Shown piece after piece: positions 48,695 to 59,585 of a stretch of DNA of 64,000 nucleotides (position 1 is the first letter of the stretch; the number at the start of each line of letters is the position of its first letter). Position numbers and translations under genes: made by a program. Where the stretch lies: positions 608,001-672,000 of the forward strand of contig CAWBMP010000002.1 in the NCBI GenBank assembly GCA_963790025.1. The letters run 5' to 3'. The DNA is from Nitrospirota bacterium (GTDB taxonomy: Bacteria; Nitrospirota; Thermodesulfovibrionia; Thermodesulfovibrionales; Dissulfurispiraceae). The notes below the pieces were generated by a model. The model ran no database searches. It worked only from the letters and a program-made list of their open reading frames with translations, and had not been told where the DNA came from.

Positions 48695-48835
48695 ACCAGT
48701 AAGAAGTAAGCAGCAAAAAAAGGTGATAAAAGCGTCGTCATGCCAGCTTGCAATCCGCAGGCATGACAAAAAGTGCCTCTCAGTTTGTTCTGTCTACTGC
48801 TTACTGCCTACTTCCTTCTTTTTTACTGCTTACTC
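48695..48835. repeat. AGCAGTA-family heptamer palindrome with inner hairpin between convergent trpD and rmuC
   Basis: ACCAGTA AGAAGTA AGCAGCA ... TACTGCT TACTGCC TACTTCC; inner GTCATGCC (48737-48744) / GGCATGAC (48760-48767). Confidence 0.65.
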
Positions 48836-50281
48836 ACCTTCTTCCGTGAATTCCAGTGCTACGTGTTCTATGGTTTTTGCTGTCTGGCTTATTTCAGCGG
48901 GCGTGATTATTTCCTTGGGGCTCGAAACGCCGAGTTCTTTGAACTTTTTTATTGAAGGGATAAGGCGCGTTTCCACCGACCGGACACCCTCATTGTAAGA
49001 CTCTACCGCCTTGCGGATCGCAAGGCCTGTCTTTGCGTAATGCTCCAGCATGACAGAAAAGCGTTCGTACAAGTCCTTGCCCAGCTTGCTTATCTCCTGC
49101 GCGCTCCTGGTGAGTTGTTCCTGCTGCCAGCCGTAGGCAATGGCCTTCAGCAGGGCGATACAGGTGGTGGGGGTAGCCAGGATAACCTGCTTGGCGCTGC
49201 CGTCCTCGATGAGCTTATGGTCATACTCGATAGCAGCGCTGAAAAAGGATTCGCCGGGCAGATACATGACCACAATCTCGGGGGATTGGGCAAACTGGTC
49301 CCAGTACGCCTTTGAACTGAGCATATTCATATGGTTCCTGACACTGCTTACATAATTCGCTATCGCCTTCTTCCGTTCGTCTTCCGAAGCAGCCGATACC
49401 ACGCTCATGAAAGCGTCGACCGGGGCTTTTGCATCAATGACAATTTCCCTTCCGTTCGGAAGGCGCACAATCATGTCGGGCCTCAGTCGCCCCGAATCGG
49501 TTGAGACCGATTCCTGCTCGTAGAAATCACAATAGGCCGTCATGCCCGCAAGTTCCACAACCCTCCTCAACCCCAGCTCTCCCCATGAGCCGCTGACCTT
49601 GGGCCTTCTCAGCGCGGTAACCAGGCTGTTCGTTTCACGCTGCAGTTGCTCGTGCATCGTGGAAAGCGACCTTAGCTGCTCGGTCAGGCTGCCGAAGCTT
49701 CTGTGTCTGTTCTCTTCGATTTCCCTGAGCTGCTGCTCGTATCTTTTAAGCATTTCCTGAAGAGGCCTGATCGTGCCGTCCATTGCCGCCTGGTGCTCTC
49801 CGAGCTTTCCTTTTGTGTCTGCAACGATCTTATTGAGATTTTCCGAAGCGAGCCTGAGAAAATCCTCACTGCTGCTCTTCAGTGCCGCAGAGGAAAGCAC
49901 GCTGAAAGTATCGCTTATCTCTTTTTTCATTACCTCGATGAGCTCTTTCTGCTGTTCAAGGTTCCTGTGAGAATCTTCAAGCCGCTTGTGCGATTCCTCA
50001 AGACGTGTTACGGTCTCTATCCGCTGATGCCTTTCCGCATCGAACTCTGCCCTTAATTGGCCTGTCTCCTGGTCCTTCTGCTGGATCTGCTGCCGTAGTT
50101 CACCAACGATCGCCTCGGCGCTTTTTGCTCTTCCTTCAAGTGCTGCGATCTGGCCCGCATACGTGGAGTGAAGTTCGGCAATAAGCCGAGCGTGTTTGCC
50201 CTGGTAGCGTGCTTGAATAATAAACCAGGCAACCACAACGCCGGCGATCAGTCCAAGACCTAAGAGGACCCATTCACTCAC
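48830..50281 (-). CDS. rmuC: DNA recombination protein RmuC
   Basis: N-terminal TM, coiled coil, GSWGE..L, RPDMIVRLP, IDAK, ATPTT. Confidence 0.92.
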   Translation of the reverse strand: MSEWVLLGLGLIAGVVVAWFIIQARYQGKHARLIAELHSTYAGQIAALEGRAKSAEAIVGELRQQIQQKDQETGQLRAEFDAERHQRIETVTRLEESHKRLEDSHRNLEQQKELIEVMKKEISDTFSVLSSAALKSSSEDFLRLASENLNKIVADTKGKLGEHQAAMDGTIRPLQEMLKRYEQQLREIEENRHRSFGSLTEQLRSLSTMHEQLQRETNSLVTALRRPKVSGSWGELGLRRVVELAGMTAYCDFYEQESVSTDSGRLRPDMIVRLPNGREIVIDAKAPVDAFMSVVSAASEDERKKAIANYVSSVRNHMNMLSSKAYWDQFAQSPEIVVMYLPGESFFSAAIEYDHKLIEDGSAKQVILATPTTCIALLKAIAYGWQQEQLTRSAQEISKLGKDLYERFSVMLEHYAKTGLAIRKAVESYNEGVRSVETRLIPSIKKFKELGVSSPKEIITPAEISQTAKTIEHVALEFTEEGE

Positions 50282-50661
50282 GGCAGTTCTTCAACAAGGT
50301 AGTCTATTTCCGTGCGGACCAGCGCCAGTATGGCAGGATGGGGGACAATGAGATATTTCTTGTTTTCAAACTCTATTTCAACCGCGGCATCCTTAAGGAA
50401 GAGTGCGTAATCCCCCTCAGCGGCCTGCAGCGGAATATACTTTAAATCCTCCGGCCTCTTTTTCCACGGTTCCTCGATCATGTCATTAGGGCCATGCAGG
50501 GGATAGCCGGGTCCTGTCTTCACTACATAACCGCCCTGCACTTTTTCTTTCTCTTTGACCGTGGGAGGGAGATAGAGGCCTGAATTCGTTCTGTCAAGCC
50601 GGTCATCAACATCTATAAGCACCCTGTCGCCGATAATGATAAGATTCTTCTTCGCTTTCAT
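50278..50661 (-). CDS. GroES/Cpn10-family protein (no groEL adjacent)
   Basis: GDRVLI, TNSGLYLP, G.VV.TGPG, GD..LF, Y.I....ILA. Confidence 0.8.
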   Translation of the reverse strand: MKAKKNLIIIGDRVLIDVDDRLDRTNSGLYLPPTVKEKEKVQGGYVVKTGPGYPLHGPNDMIEEPWKKRPEDLKYIPLQAAEGDYALFLKDAAVEIEFENKKYLIVPHPAILALVRTEIDYLVEELP

Positions 50662-50691
50662 GACTATTATTATAGCGTGATCGTGGTGGGT

Positions 50692-51177
50692 TTAGGGGAC
50701 AGCAGGCTGAGGGGTTTGATCCAGTTCCCTCATATCCCCGACATTGGCAATCCCGCCGTCCTTTTTCAGATAGATTACCCGGCTTATCATCGCGTTTTGT
50801 ATCATCCTCCTGCACAAGAGGCACGGCTTGCCGTCTGCGAATGTGTTGTCTTCTTCAAAACCCGCTATGTAGATAACAGCTTCCTTCATCCTCTCAGGAG
50901 CGCCATTGACCAGGGCATTCTGTTCCGCGTGCACCGCCTCGCACAGTTCGTACCGCTCTCCTGCAGGCACATTGAGTTCCTTCCTCGTGCAGCTTCCCTT
51001 GTCAATACAATTTATAGAGCCGCGCGGGGCGCCATTGTAACCCGTGCTCACAATAACATTATCTTTTACAATTACGGCTCCGTATCTTCTGCGCAGACAG
51101 GTGGAGCGGGACGCGACAACCTTTGCAATCTCCAGGAAGTAGTCTTCCCACGAAGGTCTGTTAAATGTTACTGACAC
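50692..51177 (-). CDS. dCMP deaminase (ComEB-like)
   Basis: RPSWEDYF, RSTC, TGYNG, HAEQNA, PCLLC; start set at GTG 51177. Confidence 0.9.
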   Translation of the reverse strand: MSVTFNRPSWEDYFLEIAKVVASRSTCLRRRYGAVIVKDNVIVSTGYNGAPRGSINCIDKGSCTRKELNVPAGERYELCEAVHAEQNALVNGAPERMKEAVIYIAGFEEDNTFADGKPCLLCRRMIQNAMISRVIYLKKDGGIANVGDMRELDQTPQPAVP

Positions 51178-53417
51178 TTCGTAAATCCGCAGTTGCGGCA
51201 TATTGCGCAGCCGCCTTCATGCTCGACGGCACCGCCGCATTCAGGGCATGCTCCGATCAGCATGATTGCCTGATCTTTTGACTTGCCGTTGCCTTTGTCC
51301 CCGTCGCTCGCAGTATGATAGTATTTCTCCAGGGCCTTGGCAATGGCATCGGAACATGAAAGCACTTTGCCTCCCTCATTCCATGACGGCTGGTGGCATG
51401 AGATGCCTTTTAACTGCTGAACAATCTCCTGGGGCTCGACATTTGATCTCAGGGCCAGGGAAATAAGCCTTCCGATTGCCTCTGCCTGGCTTGACGCACA
51501 GCCGCCTGCCTTGCCGATATTAGTAAATACTTCAAAAGGTTTACCGTTCTCATCCTCGTTAATCGTTACGTAAAGGTTACCGCACCCAGTCTTGAGCAGC
51601 CGTGTGGCGCCTATGATGACCGCAGGCCGTTTTTTTGGGGTGACTTTTGCCGGGAGCTGCTGTTTTTGCTGCGCCTTGTCTTCGCCTTTTCCGGTAGAGA
51701 GCACCTGCTCTTCTCTGGAACCATCCCTATATACCGTTACGCCTTTACATCCCTTCTTATATGCCAGCATATAGACCTCTTCTACATCCTTTGGCGCAGC
51801 TGTATGAGGGAAGTTCACTGTTTTGGATACGGCGTTATCCACATATTTCTGGAATGCTGCCTGCATCTTTATATGATCTATTGGCGTTATATCGTGGGCC
51901 GTTACAAACACCTCCCGCATCTCCTGGGGGAATTCCTTGCAATGACTGATTGAGCCCGTTCCGGCAATTTTCTCTATAAGCTCCCTGCTCCATGATCCCA
52001 TCTCTTTGGCTTCTTTCTCAAAGTAAGGATTGACCTCTATCAGTTTTGTGCCTTCCATCACATTTCTTATGAACGATACAGCGAAGAGCGGCTCTATGCC
52101 CGAAGCGCAGCCGGCCAGAATGGACAGGCTGCCCGTCGGAGCGATCGTGGTAACAGTTCCATTTCTTACAAGCATTTCATCCCTGTAGATACTGTGCTCG
52201 TAGTTGGTAAATACCCCGCGGTCTTCAGCAAGAGCGCAGGAAGCTATTCTTCCCTCAGTCTGGATGAATCCCATTACTTCTTCGGCCAAATCTATCGCTC
52301 TTGCGGAGTTGTAGGGGATTCTCATCTGAATAAGCATATCCGCCCATCCCATGACACCGAGGCCTATTTTTCTGTTGGCTTTTGTCATTTCCTCAATCAT
52401 TTTTAGCGGATACTTGTTTACATCGATAACATTATCGAGAAAGTGCACGGCTTTCCAGGTTACGTCTTTTAACCTTGGCCAGTTTACAACATACCGCCCT
52501 TCGTCATTTCTTCTCACCATTTTCGAGAGGTTTATGGAGCCCAGGTTGCAGGATTCGTAAGGCATCAAAGGCTGCTCGCCGCAGGGATTGGTTGATTCGA
52601 TCTCTCCCAGCGCAGGGGTCGGGTTGGATGAGTTCATTCTGTCCAGAAAAACTATTCCAGGCTCACCGTTCTTCCAGGCCTGTCTGACTATGGCCTCAAA
52701 CACCGACCGCGCCTTTAAACTGGCAACGGGCTGTTTGCTCCTCGGATTGAGAAGCTCGTATTCCTTGTCTTCTTCGACCGCTTTCATAAAAAGCTCAGTA
52801 ATACCGACCGATATGTTGAAATTGTTGAGCCTGTAATTGGAGTCTTTGCAGTTGATAAATTCGAGAATATCAGGGTGGTCAATTCGCAGTATCCCCATAT
52901 TCGCGCCCCTTCTGGTCCCGCCCTGCTTTACCGCTTCCGTGGCATTATCAAACACCGTCATGAATGATATGGGCCCCGAGGATATGCCCTTGGTAGAGCC
53001 GACCACGTCTCCCTTGGGTCTCAGTTTAGAAAAGCTGAAGCCTGTACCTCCCCCTGATTTATGAATTATGGCGGCATACTTCACCGCATCGAATATGGAT
53101 TCCATGGAATCATCCACCGGCAGTACAAAACAGGCTGAAAGCTGGCCCAACCTCCTGCCGGCATTCATCAGAGTGGGACTGTTGGGAAGAAACATAAGAG
53201 AAGTTATAAACTCATAAAACTCCTCTTCAGTACGTTTTACCTCTATATCCGATTTCCCATAAAGGGCATCAGCTGCTGCGATATGGCTGGCGACCCTCCG
53301 GAACAATTCCTCGGGAGTTTCAATAACCTGGCCTTCCTCATTTCTCTTCAAATAGCGCTTTTCAAGGACAGTTATCGCATTAGCCGAAAGACTTAAAACC
53401 CTGCTTGCTTCCCCCAT
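51168..53417 (-). CDS. nrdJ: Class II (B12-dependent) ribonucleotide reductase with C-terminal TSCPD/Zn-ribbon
   Basis: PNSPTLMNAG, QLSACF, RRGANM, TNPCGE, TIAPTG, SKTVN, YRDGSR, CPEC...CRNC. Confidence 0.95.
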   Translation of the reverse strand: MGEASRVLSLSANAITVLEKRYLKRNEEGQVIETPEELFRRVASHIAAADALYGKSDIEVKRTEEEFYEFITSLMFLPNSPTLMNAGRRLGQLSACFVLPVDDSMESIFDAVKYAAIIHKSGGGTGFSFSKLRPKGDVVGSTKGISSGPISFMTVFDNATEAVKQGGTRRGANMGILRIDHPDILEFINCKDSNYRLNNFNISVGITELFMKAVEEDKEYELLNPRSKQPVASLKARSVFEAIVRQAWKNGEPGIVFLDRMNSSNPTPALGEIESTNPCGEQPLMPYESCNLGSINLSKMVRRNDEGRYVVNWPRLKDVTWKAVHFLDNVIDVNKYPLKMIEEMTKANRKIGLGVMGWADMLIQMRIPYNSARAIDLAEEVMGFIQTEGRIASCALAEDRGVFTNYEHSIYRDEMLVRNGTVTTIAPTGSLSILAGCASGIEPLFAVSFIRNVMEGTKLIEVNPYFEKEAKEMGSWSRELIEKIAGTGSISHCKEFPQEMREVFVTAHDITPIDHIKMQAAFQKYVDNAVSKTVNFPHTAAPKDVEEVYMLAYKKGCKGVTVYRDGSREEQVLSTGKGEDKAQQKQQLPAKVTPKKRPAVIIGATRLLKTGCGNLYVTINEDENGKPFEVFTNIGKAGGCASSQAEAIGRLISLALRSNVEPQEIVQQLKGISCHQPSWNEGGKVLSCSDAIAKALEKYYHTASDGDKGNGKSKDQAIMLIGACPECGGAVEHEGGCAICRNCGFTKCQ

Positions 53418-53442
53418 AAAATAATACCCCCCCCTGTCTCAT

Positions 53443-53497
53443 CTACTCTCTATAGTATAGCTTTAGACATTAAACCACAATATCTTGTGCGAGTCAA
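53443..53497 (-). promoter_or_regulatory. Tandem NrdR boxes and sigma70 promoter of nrdJ
   Basis: CCACAATATCTTGTGC (53475-53490) and weaker CTACTCTCTATAGTAT (53443-53458), 32 bp apart; -35 TTGACT (53497-53492), 17 bp, -10 TTTAAT (53474-53469). Confidence 0.75.
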
Positions 53498-53597
53498 GGG
53501 AAAAAATGATTATTTTATAATCTCTTGTTTTGAAACTTGTTTTGCTGTGAAGTACATGTGAACGGTTTGTTAATAACAGTAAGGGCATGGAGTTAGT

Positions 53598-53654
53598 GAA
53601 TTGGGTCAGTCTGAGAACCAGGTGGTCCGGAGCAAAAACAAACTGACCCAATTC
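53598..53654. repeat. 13-bp inverted repeat (REP-like)
   Basis: GAATTGGGTCAGT / ACTGACCCAATTC in the divergent nrdJ-tgt intergenic region. Confidence 0.6.
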
Positions 53655-53660
53655 CCTTGA

Positions 53661-54996
<1,336 letters not shown>

Positions 54997-55005
54997 ATTT
55001 TGTAC

Positions 55006-55088
55006 GCCGGTGTGGTGGAACGGCAGACGCGACGGACTCAAAATCCGTTGTCCTTCGGGACGTGAGAGTTCAAGTCTCTCCACCGGCA
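55006..55088 (+). tRNA. tRNA-Leu (anticodon CAA), CCA not encoded
   Basis: GCCGGTG/CACCGGC acceptor stem, ACGGA-CTCAAAA-TCCGT anticodon arm, long variable arm, GAGAGTTCAAGTCTC T-arm. Confidence 0.95.
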
Positions 55089-55267
55089 CTTTATCTCAGA
55101 ATTTTATATTCAGTCATCACCCCAGTTCATACCCATTGACTTCTTTCACTAAAGTCCATTAATTTATGAAATTGCGCAAGCATAAGACTGCCTGTGCGGA
55201 ATGCGGCCCTCCGCTTCCGCACAGACTTTTCCCTCCACGGTAAATCCCCCTTTACCCTGGAACCCCA

Positions 55268-55298
55268 GATGCCCTCCCTTCCCTCAAGGGAGGGCATC
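55268..55298. terminator. 13-bp hairpin between convergent tRNA-Leu and nth (terminator or REP-like)
   Basis: GATGCCCTCCCTT-CCCTC-AAGGGAGGGCATC; no clear U-tract. Confidence 0.45.
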
Positions 55299-55322
55299 AA
55301 CTTAGCATCTGTGCTCATGTCC

Positions 55323-56042
55323 CTATCTGCTGACACTCACGCCTATGCGCTCGCAATAATTGTATACGCTACAATGAGAGCAGAAGGGTGATATGGGCTT
55401 GCATATACCCTGACCAAATGCAACCAGTATACTGTTGATTGACTTCCAGTATTTTCTTGGCAGTTTCTCCCTTAGAGCATACTCTGTTTCCTCGGGTGTG
55501 TCGGTTTGGACATAGCCCAATCTGTTCGAGATCCTATGAACGTGAGTATCAACGCATATTCCATACTTGTTAAAGCCCAAGGTAACGACTAAATTAGCGG
55601 TTTTTCTGCCGACACCCTTTAATTTCAGTAGGTCATCGATATTATCCGGAACTTTCCCGTTGTATTGTCTTAAAATAGTTTCACTAATTGATTTTATCGT
55701 TTTTGCTTTGACTCGATAAAAACCGACAGGATATATGGCCTTTTGAATCTCGCCCACCTTCAATGAGGCCATATTTTCCGGGGTTGAAGCAATGGCAAAT
55801 AGTCTCTCAGATGCTTCGCCCGTAGTTTTATCCTGCGTCCTCAAACTGAGCACACAACTGATTAGAATCCGGAATGGGTCCCTCTGAATGGCCATTTTGT
55901 CGAGCCAGGGGACATTAAGAGTTTTTATTTGTTTTCTGAGGAGACGCATGACCTCATGAATATCGTCGTCCTTGAACCTTGCCTGCAACTTCTTCATTTG
56001 CCGCTTCCGGGGCCACGCTTCAGGCAACTCATCAACAGTCAT
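55323..56042 (-). CDS. nth: Endonuclease III
   Basis: LS.RTQD, L.GVGRKTAN, VDTHVHRISNRLG, C...P.C..C.....C. Confidence 0.93.
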   Translation of the reverse strand: MTVDELPEAWPRKRQMKKLQARFKDDDIHEVMRLLRKQIKTLNVPWLDKMAIQRDPFRILISCVLSLRTQDKTTGEASERLFAIASTPENMASLKVGEIQKAIYPVGFYRVKAKTIKSISETILRQYNGKVPDNIDDLLKLKGVGRKTANLVVTLGFNKYGICVDTHVHRISNRLGYVQTDTPEETEYALREKLPRKYWKSINSILVAFGQGICKPISPFCSHCSVYNYCERIGVSVSR

Positions 56043-56230
56043 TCGTCAATCGTAATGGCTTCCACCGGGCAGTTTTCCGCAGCGGCTTCGCAGCAACCTA
56101 CGAACTCGCAAGCCTCTTCGTCTATGACTTCCGATTTGGCGGTTATATCGTCGACGTGGAAGACTGCAGGACAAATCTCCTCGCAATTGCCGCAGCCAAT
56201 ACACTTTTCTTCATCAACAATCACTGTCAT
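56039..56230 (-). CDS. Small ferredoxin
   Basis: CIGCGNCEEICP ... CPVEAI, 63 aa acidic. Confidence 0.9.
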   Translation of the reverse strand: MTVIVDEEKCIGCGNCEEICPAVFHVDDITAKSEVIDEEACEFVGCCEAAAENCPVEAITIDE

Positions 56231-57165
56231 AGTTCCTCGATTATCATAGCAGCCAGCAGGGGAAACATTATCTCATGATGTCCTGTCAGCGCAAAACATT
56301 GTCCCTTCATCATAGTCGGCCTGCGCAACACATTTTCGCGGGGACGGTAATGCTGGACAAAATCCATATTTACCGTTGTGAATACCTCAACCTTGTTCCC
56401 AAGATTCCGTGCAGTTGCCAGTGCCTTGAGAAATACCTCCGGGAGCATTACAGCCGAACCGAGGTTAATATAAACGCCGCCTTCAAGGTCGGCGACAACC
56501 GAGCTAAACAGCCTGAAATCACGGAGGCTGCCCTCGCCAATGCTCGCACCGTCAGCCTCCGGATGCATATGAATAATGTCCGCGCCTACCGCAACATGGA
56601 CGGTCATGGGTATATCAAGCCTGAATCCTTCTCCGAAAATGCTCCTATCTTTAAAAGGAAACGATGAGTTCTCGATAAATGAGCCCATTGAGCGGCCTAT
56701 TCCCTCACCCTTTTTTACCCCTTCGGAGATTGCCTTGTTCACCATACCACCGGTTTCCTTGCCCATCCCGAAAGATCCGGTGCAAAGCTCCCTTCCAACG
56801 TCCTCCGAGGTTCGGCCGATGAAGGCAATCTCGAAATCGTGGATAATACAGGCGCCGTTTGCCGCTACAGCTGTAATAATACCACGCCTCATTAAATCGA
56901 TAATCAATAGCGAGAGGCCGACCTTTATGGGATGTGCGCCCATGCCCAGCACAACCGGCCTGCCGTTGCCGTAAGCCTGCAGCACTGCCTGCACTACAGC
57001 TTTTAGATCGCTTGCGGCCAAAAAGCCGGGAAGTCTGTCTGCGAAATCCCTGAATGAACCTTCCTTCTGATGAGGGAGGGCCGATTTCTCTACTGATACT
57101 TTGCTGTGCCGGTCTTTAATAGAATAGGTTTTTAAGCTGCATGGATCAGCCGGAGTATATTTCAT
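56227..57165 (-). CDS. Uncharacterised deoxyhypusine-synthase-like protein (paralog of 21518-22501)
   Basis: MGAHPIKVG, NGACIIHDFE, TVHVAVGADIIH.HP, NLGSAVMLPEVFLKAL, GHHEIM.P; start set at MKYTP. Confidence 0.65.
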   Translation of the reverse strand: MKYTPADPCSLKTYSIKDRHSKVSVEKSALPHQKEGSFRDFADRLPGFLAASDLKAVVQAVLQAYGNGRPVVLGMGAHPIKVGLSLLIIDLMRRGIITAVAANGACIIHDFEIAFIGRTSEDVGRELCTGSFGMGKETGGMVNKAISEGVKKGEGIGRSMGSFIENSSFPFKDRSIFGEGFRLDIPMTVHVAVGADIIHMHPEADGASIGEGSLRDFRLFSSVVADLEGGVYINLGSAVMLPEVFLKALATARNLGNKVEVFTTVNMDFVQHYRPRENVLRRPTMMKGQCFALTGHHEIMFPLLAAMIIEEL

Positions 57166-57271
57166 ATTGTAAGATTTTAGCATAACCATTGATTTTATGT
57201 TAAGATTTATGTTAAAAAAAAGGTTCTGGGAAACCAAAAACAAACGAGACCGTCACAAAGGAGGACATACA

Positions 57272-57559
57272 TTGCCACCCAAGTCAGCACCTAAAAAGAA
57301 TCTATCCGCCATAAAAAAAGCCCGCCAGGATGAAAAGAGGAAACTGCGCGGACAGTCTGTACGGGCGAGCGTAAAGACCCAAACCAAAAAAGTAGAGGCC
57401 CTGCTGTCCAGCAGCAACAAAGAAGAGCTTAACAAGACTTTGAAAGAAGCCATCCGCACTGTCAGCACTGCGGCATCGAAAGGAATAATTCATAAGAATA
57501 CCGCATCCAGAAAGATTTCAAAGCTTGCAAAAAAAGCACACGCAGCAATAAACCAGTAG
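57272..57559 (+). CDS. rpsT: 30S ribosomal protein S20
   Basis: SAIKKARQ, KGIIHKNTASRKISKL; AAAGGAGG SD before TTG 57272. Confidence 0.93.
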   Translation: MPPKSAPKKNLSAIKKARQDEKRKLRGQSVRASVKTQTKKVEALLSSSNKEELNKTLKEAIRTVSTAASKGIIHKNTASRKISKLAKKAHAAINQ

Positions 57560-57732
57560 GCAGCAAGAAGTAAGCAGTAAGCAGCAAAGTCTGAAAAAAC
57601 ACTGGATTCCCGCCTTCGCGGGAATTACCACACTTTTATAAATCTGTTTTTCTTTTGCTGCATACTGTTTGCTGCCTGCAGGCTGCTTGTTTTCTGTTTT
57701 CTGCTTGCTTCTTGCTGCCTACTGCCTGCTGG
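57552..57732. repeat. AGCAGTA-family heptamer palindrome with inner ATTCCC-N8-GGGAAT motif between convergent rpsT and holA
   Basis: ACCAGTA GGCAGCA AGAAGTA AGCAGTA AGCAGCA (57552-57586); TGCTGCC/TGCTTCT/TACTGCC units (57657-57732); inner motif 57606-57625. Confidence 0.7.
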
Positions 57733-58630
57733 TTTTCTTCAGCAGCTTAACAAGCAGATCTTCTATAACATACCTGTGGGACGTCTTTATCGCAATGTCG
57801 GCCTCATGCAGGAGTCTAATAGTGTCTGCGTGCCCCGTGGCGCCTTTTTCTGAAACGCCCGGCCGATAATCGGGCCCCTGCCGTCCATAATAATAATTCA
57901 GCGCTCCCAGTAGCATTTGCGGCTCCTGAACTTTAGTAACGCTTTCAAATATCCTGAATGCCTCCTTGGCATCTTTTTTCTTCAATGCGTCCAGCAGGTC
58001 AAAGGCATTATACTCGGCCCCGGAATAAATTATGCCCCTGAGGTCGGCAATATCAATTGTGCGGTCGCTGACAATACATGCAAGCTTCTCTATTTCAGCA
58101 GAAAGCATGCCGAGGTCTGTACCGGCCACGGCAATAAGATATTCCACTGCGCCGTCTGTGAGCCTCACCTTCTTCTGGCCCGCCTGCTCCTTTATCCACA
58201 CCGGGAGGTCCCTCTCTTGAATAGTAAGGGCAATTGTCTTCATGCTTCCGGCTGTCTTTGCATCAAAAAGCTTCGGTGCCGCACCAGCGTGGAGCATTAC
58301 CAAAAGCGCTGTACCGGCGGGATCAAGCAGGTAGTCATCGAGCTTTTGTATGTCCTTCCTGGCAAGTTTCTGGATGTTGTTGATAACAACTACCCTCCGC
58401 GCGGATATAAAAGGCAGGGTGTTAAGGATATCCAATATTTGTTCTACCGGAATCGTATCATCAGGCGACTTCATGTCGTACTCGTCGAAATTAAAACCGA
58501 CTGCGTCGCGACACTGCTCTTTTATTAAGGAGAGCGCCTCATAGAGCAAAAAATCCTCCGCGGAGTATAAGAGATATACCGGCGACGGCAGTCCCCTGGA
58601 AAGTTCCTGACGAAATTGCCTGATGCTCAT
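57719..58630 (-). CDS. holA: DNA polymerase III subunit delta
   Basis: PVYLLY..E.FL, TLPF...RRVVV, EIEKL, FDL.DAL; rpsT-holA-lptE synteny. Confidence 0.85.
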   Translation of the reverse strand: MSIRQFRQELSRGLPSPVYLLYSAEDFLLYEALSLIKEQCRDAVGFNFDEYDMKSPDDTIPVEQILDILNTLPFISARRVVVINNIQKLARKDIQKLDDYLLDPAGTALLVMLHAGAAPKLFDAKTAGSMKTIALTIQERDLPVWIKEQAGQKKVRLTDGAVEYLIAVAGTDLGMLSAEIEKLACIVSDRTIDIADLRGIIYSGAEYNAFDLLDALKKKDAKEAFRIFESVTKVQEPQMLLGALNYYYGRQGPDYRPGVSEKGATGHADTIRLLHEADIAIKTSHRYVIEDLLVKLLKKTSRQ

Positions 58631-58634
58631 TTAT

Positions 58635-59585
58635 TTATTTTGGACCACCGGGGATTTGCTTCATTTTGGCAAATACACCCGGATACGCTTCCTCAAGGAG
58701 CACCCGGTTGAGGCGCACCAGATTGAGGCCCTGCGGATTCTGCCTTATAAGCCGCTCTGTCTCATCGCTGAGCGTCAACGAGGCAAAACGCTTCTTATCA
58801 AAAATTTCCTTGTTCTGAATTAAAGTGTTCAGTTGAGTGACCAACGCGGCTTTGAGTGTTGTCGCGGAATAATCGAAAGGGTTATACGCGTCGATCTGGC
58901 GAAGAACATCCGGATTTAATTGTTCGCGTAAATATTGCGAGAGGGGGTCTTTGGCTTCCCTCAACTTGACAGTCAAGGCCCCCACATCCATGATTTCCTC
59001 GGGTTTAAAGAACAAATATGTAAAATTTTTCGGGGTATCGTAAATGATACGTTGCACCAATGACTGCGACAGATTTGACATGGCACTGACCTCCGCGAGT
59101 TCCTTTTGTGCCATAATGAACTCAATCCTTCCGGTAGCAGGGAAATAAGTGATAAAAGGGCTGTTCGCTACAAGTGGCATCACGTTGCCGGTTTCGGTAT
59201 CAACAAGTCTGAAACTGGCCAGCATCTCCACCTGATACTGTGTAGCTGTCAGGTTCACTTCGGTAGTAGGCAGCAGGTTGAAACGGAATATCTCACCATC
59301 TAACCTGTACCGGGCGGAGGGGCTTATCGAGAAGCCGTATTGGGAAAAGGTCTGCGCCAATGACAGGTGAAACTTGTCCTCCAGTTTGGGCTCAAGTGTC
59401 TTGTTCTGTATTTTGCCGACAGCAATAGTATCAAAGGGAAGGTTTGCCTTGGTTTGAATGCTATACCCGCAGCCATATAAAAGAAAAAGCAGAAGCAGGA
59501 AACAAGAAGTCAGAAGCGAAACCAAAAAGTTGAATAGTCGTTGTTTTGTCATTTTATCTCCAGATTGCCGCATATTCTTTCTCAA
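58635..59585 (-). CDS. LptE-like lipoprotein with extra C-terminal domain
   Basis: Lipobox LYGCGY, NKT.EP.LE, position upstream of holA; about 130 aa extension. Confidence 0.6.
   Translation of the reverse strand: MRKNMRQSGDKMTKQRLFNFLVSLLTSCFLLLLFLLYGCGYSIQTKANLPFDTIAVGKIQNKTLEPKLEDKFHLSLAQTFSQYGFSISPSARYRLDGEIFRFNLLPTTEVNLTATQYQVEMLASFRLVDTETGNVMPLVANSPFITYFPATGRIEFIMAQKELAEVSAMSNLSQSLVQRIIYDTPKNFTYLFFKPEEIMDVGALTVKLREAKDPLSQYLREQLNPDVLRQIDAYNPFDYSATTLKAALVTQLNTLIQNKEIFDKKRFASLTLSDETERLIRQNPQGLNLVRLNRVLLEEAYPGVFAKMKQIPGGPK

Noticed and set aside
48999..49010. Second ops-like sequence GGCGGTAGAGTC on the minus strand
   Set aside because: Inside rmuC coding sequence, lacks the terminal TG, not in a leader
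55006..55320. Integrated element at tRNA-Leu
   Set aside because: No integrase and no duplicated tRNA 3' end noticed; flanking genes are housekeeping
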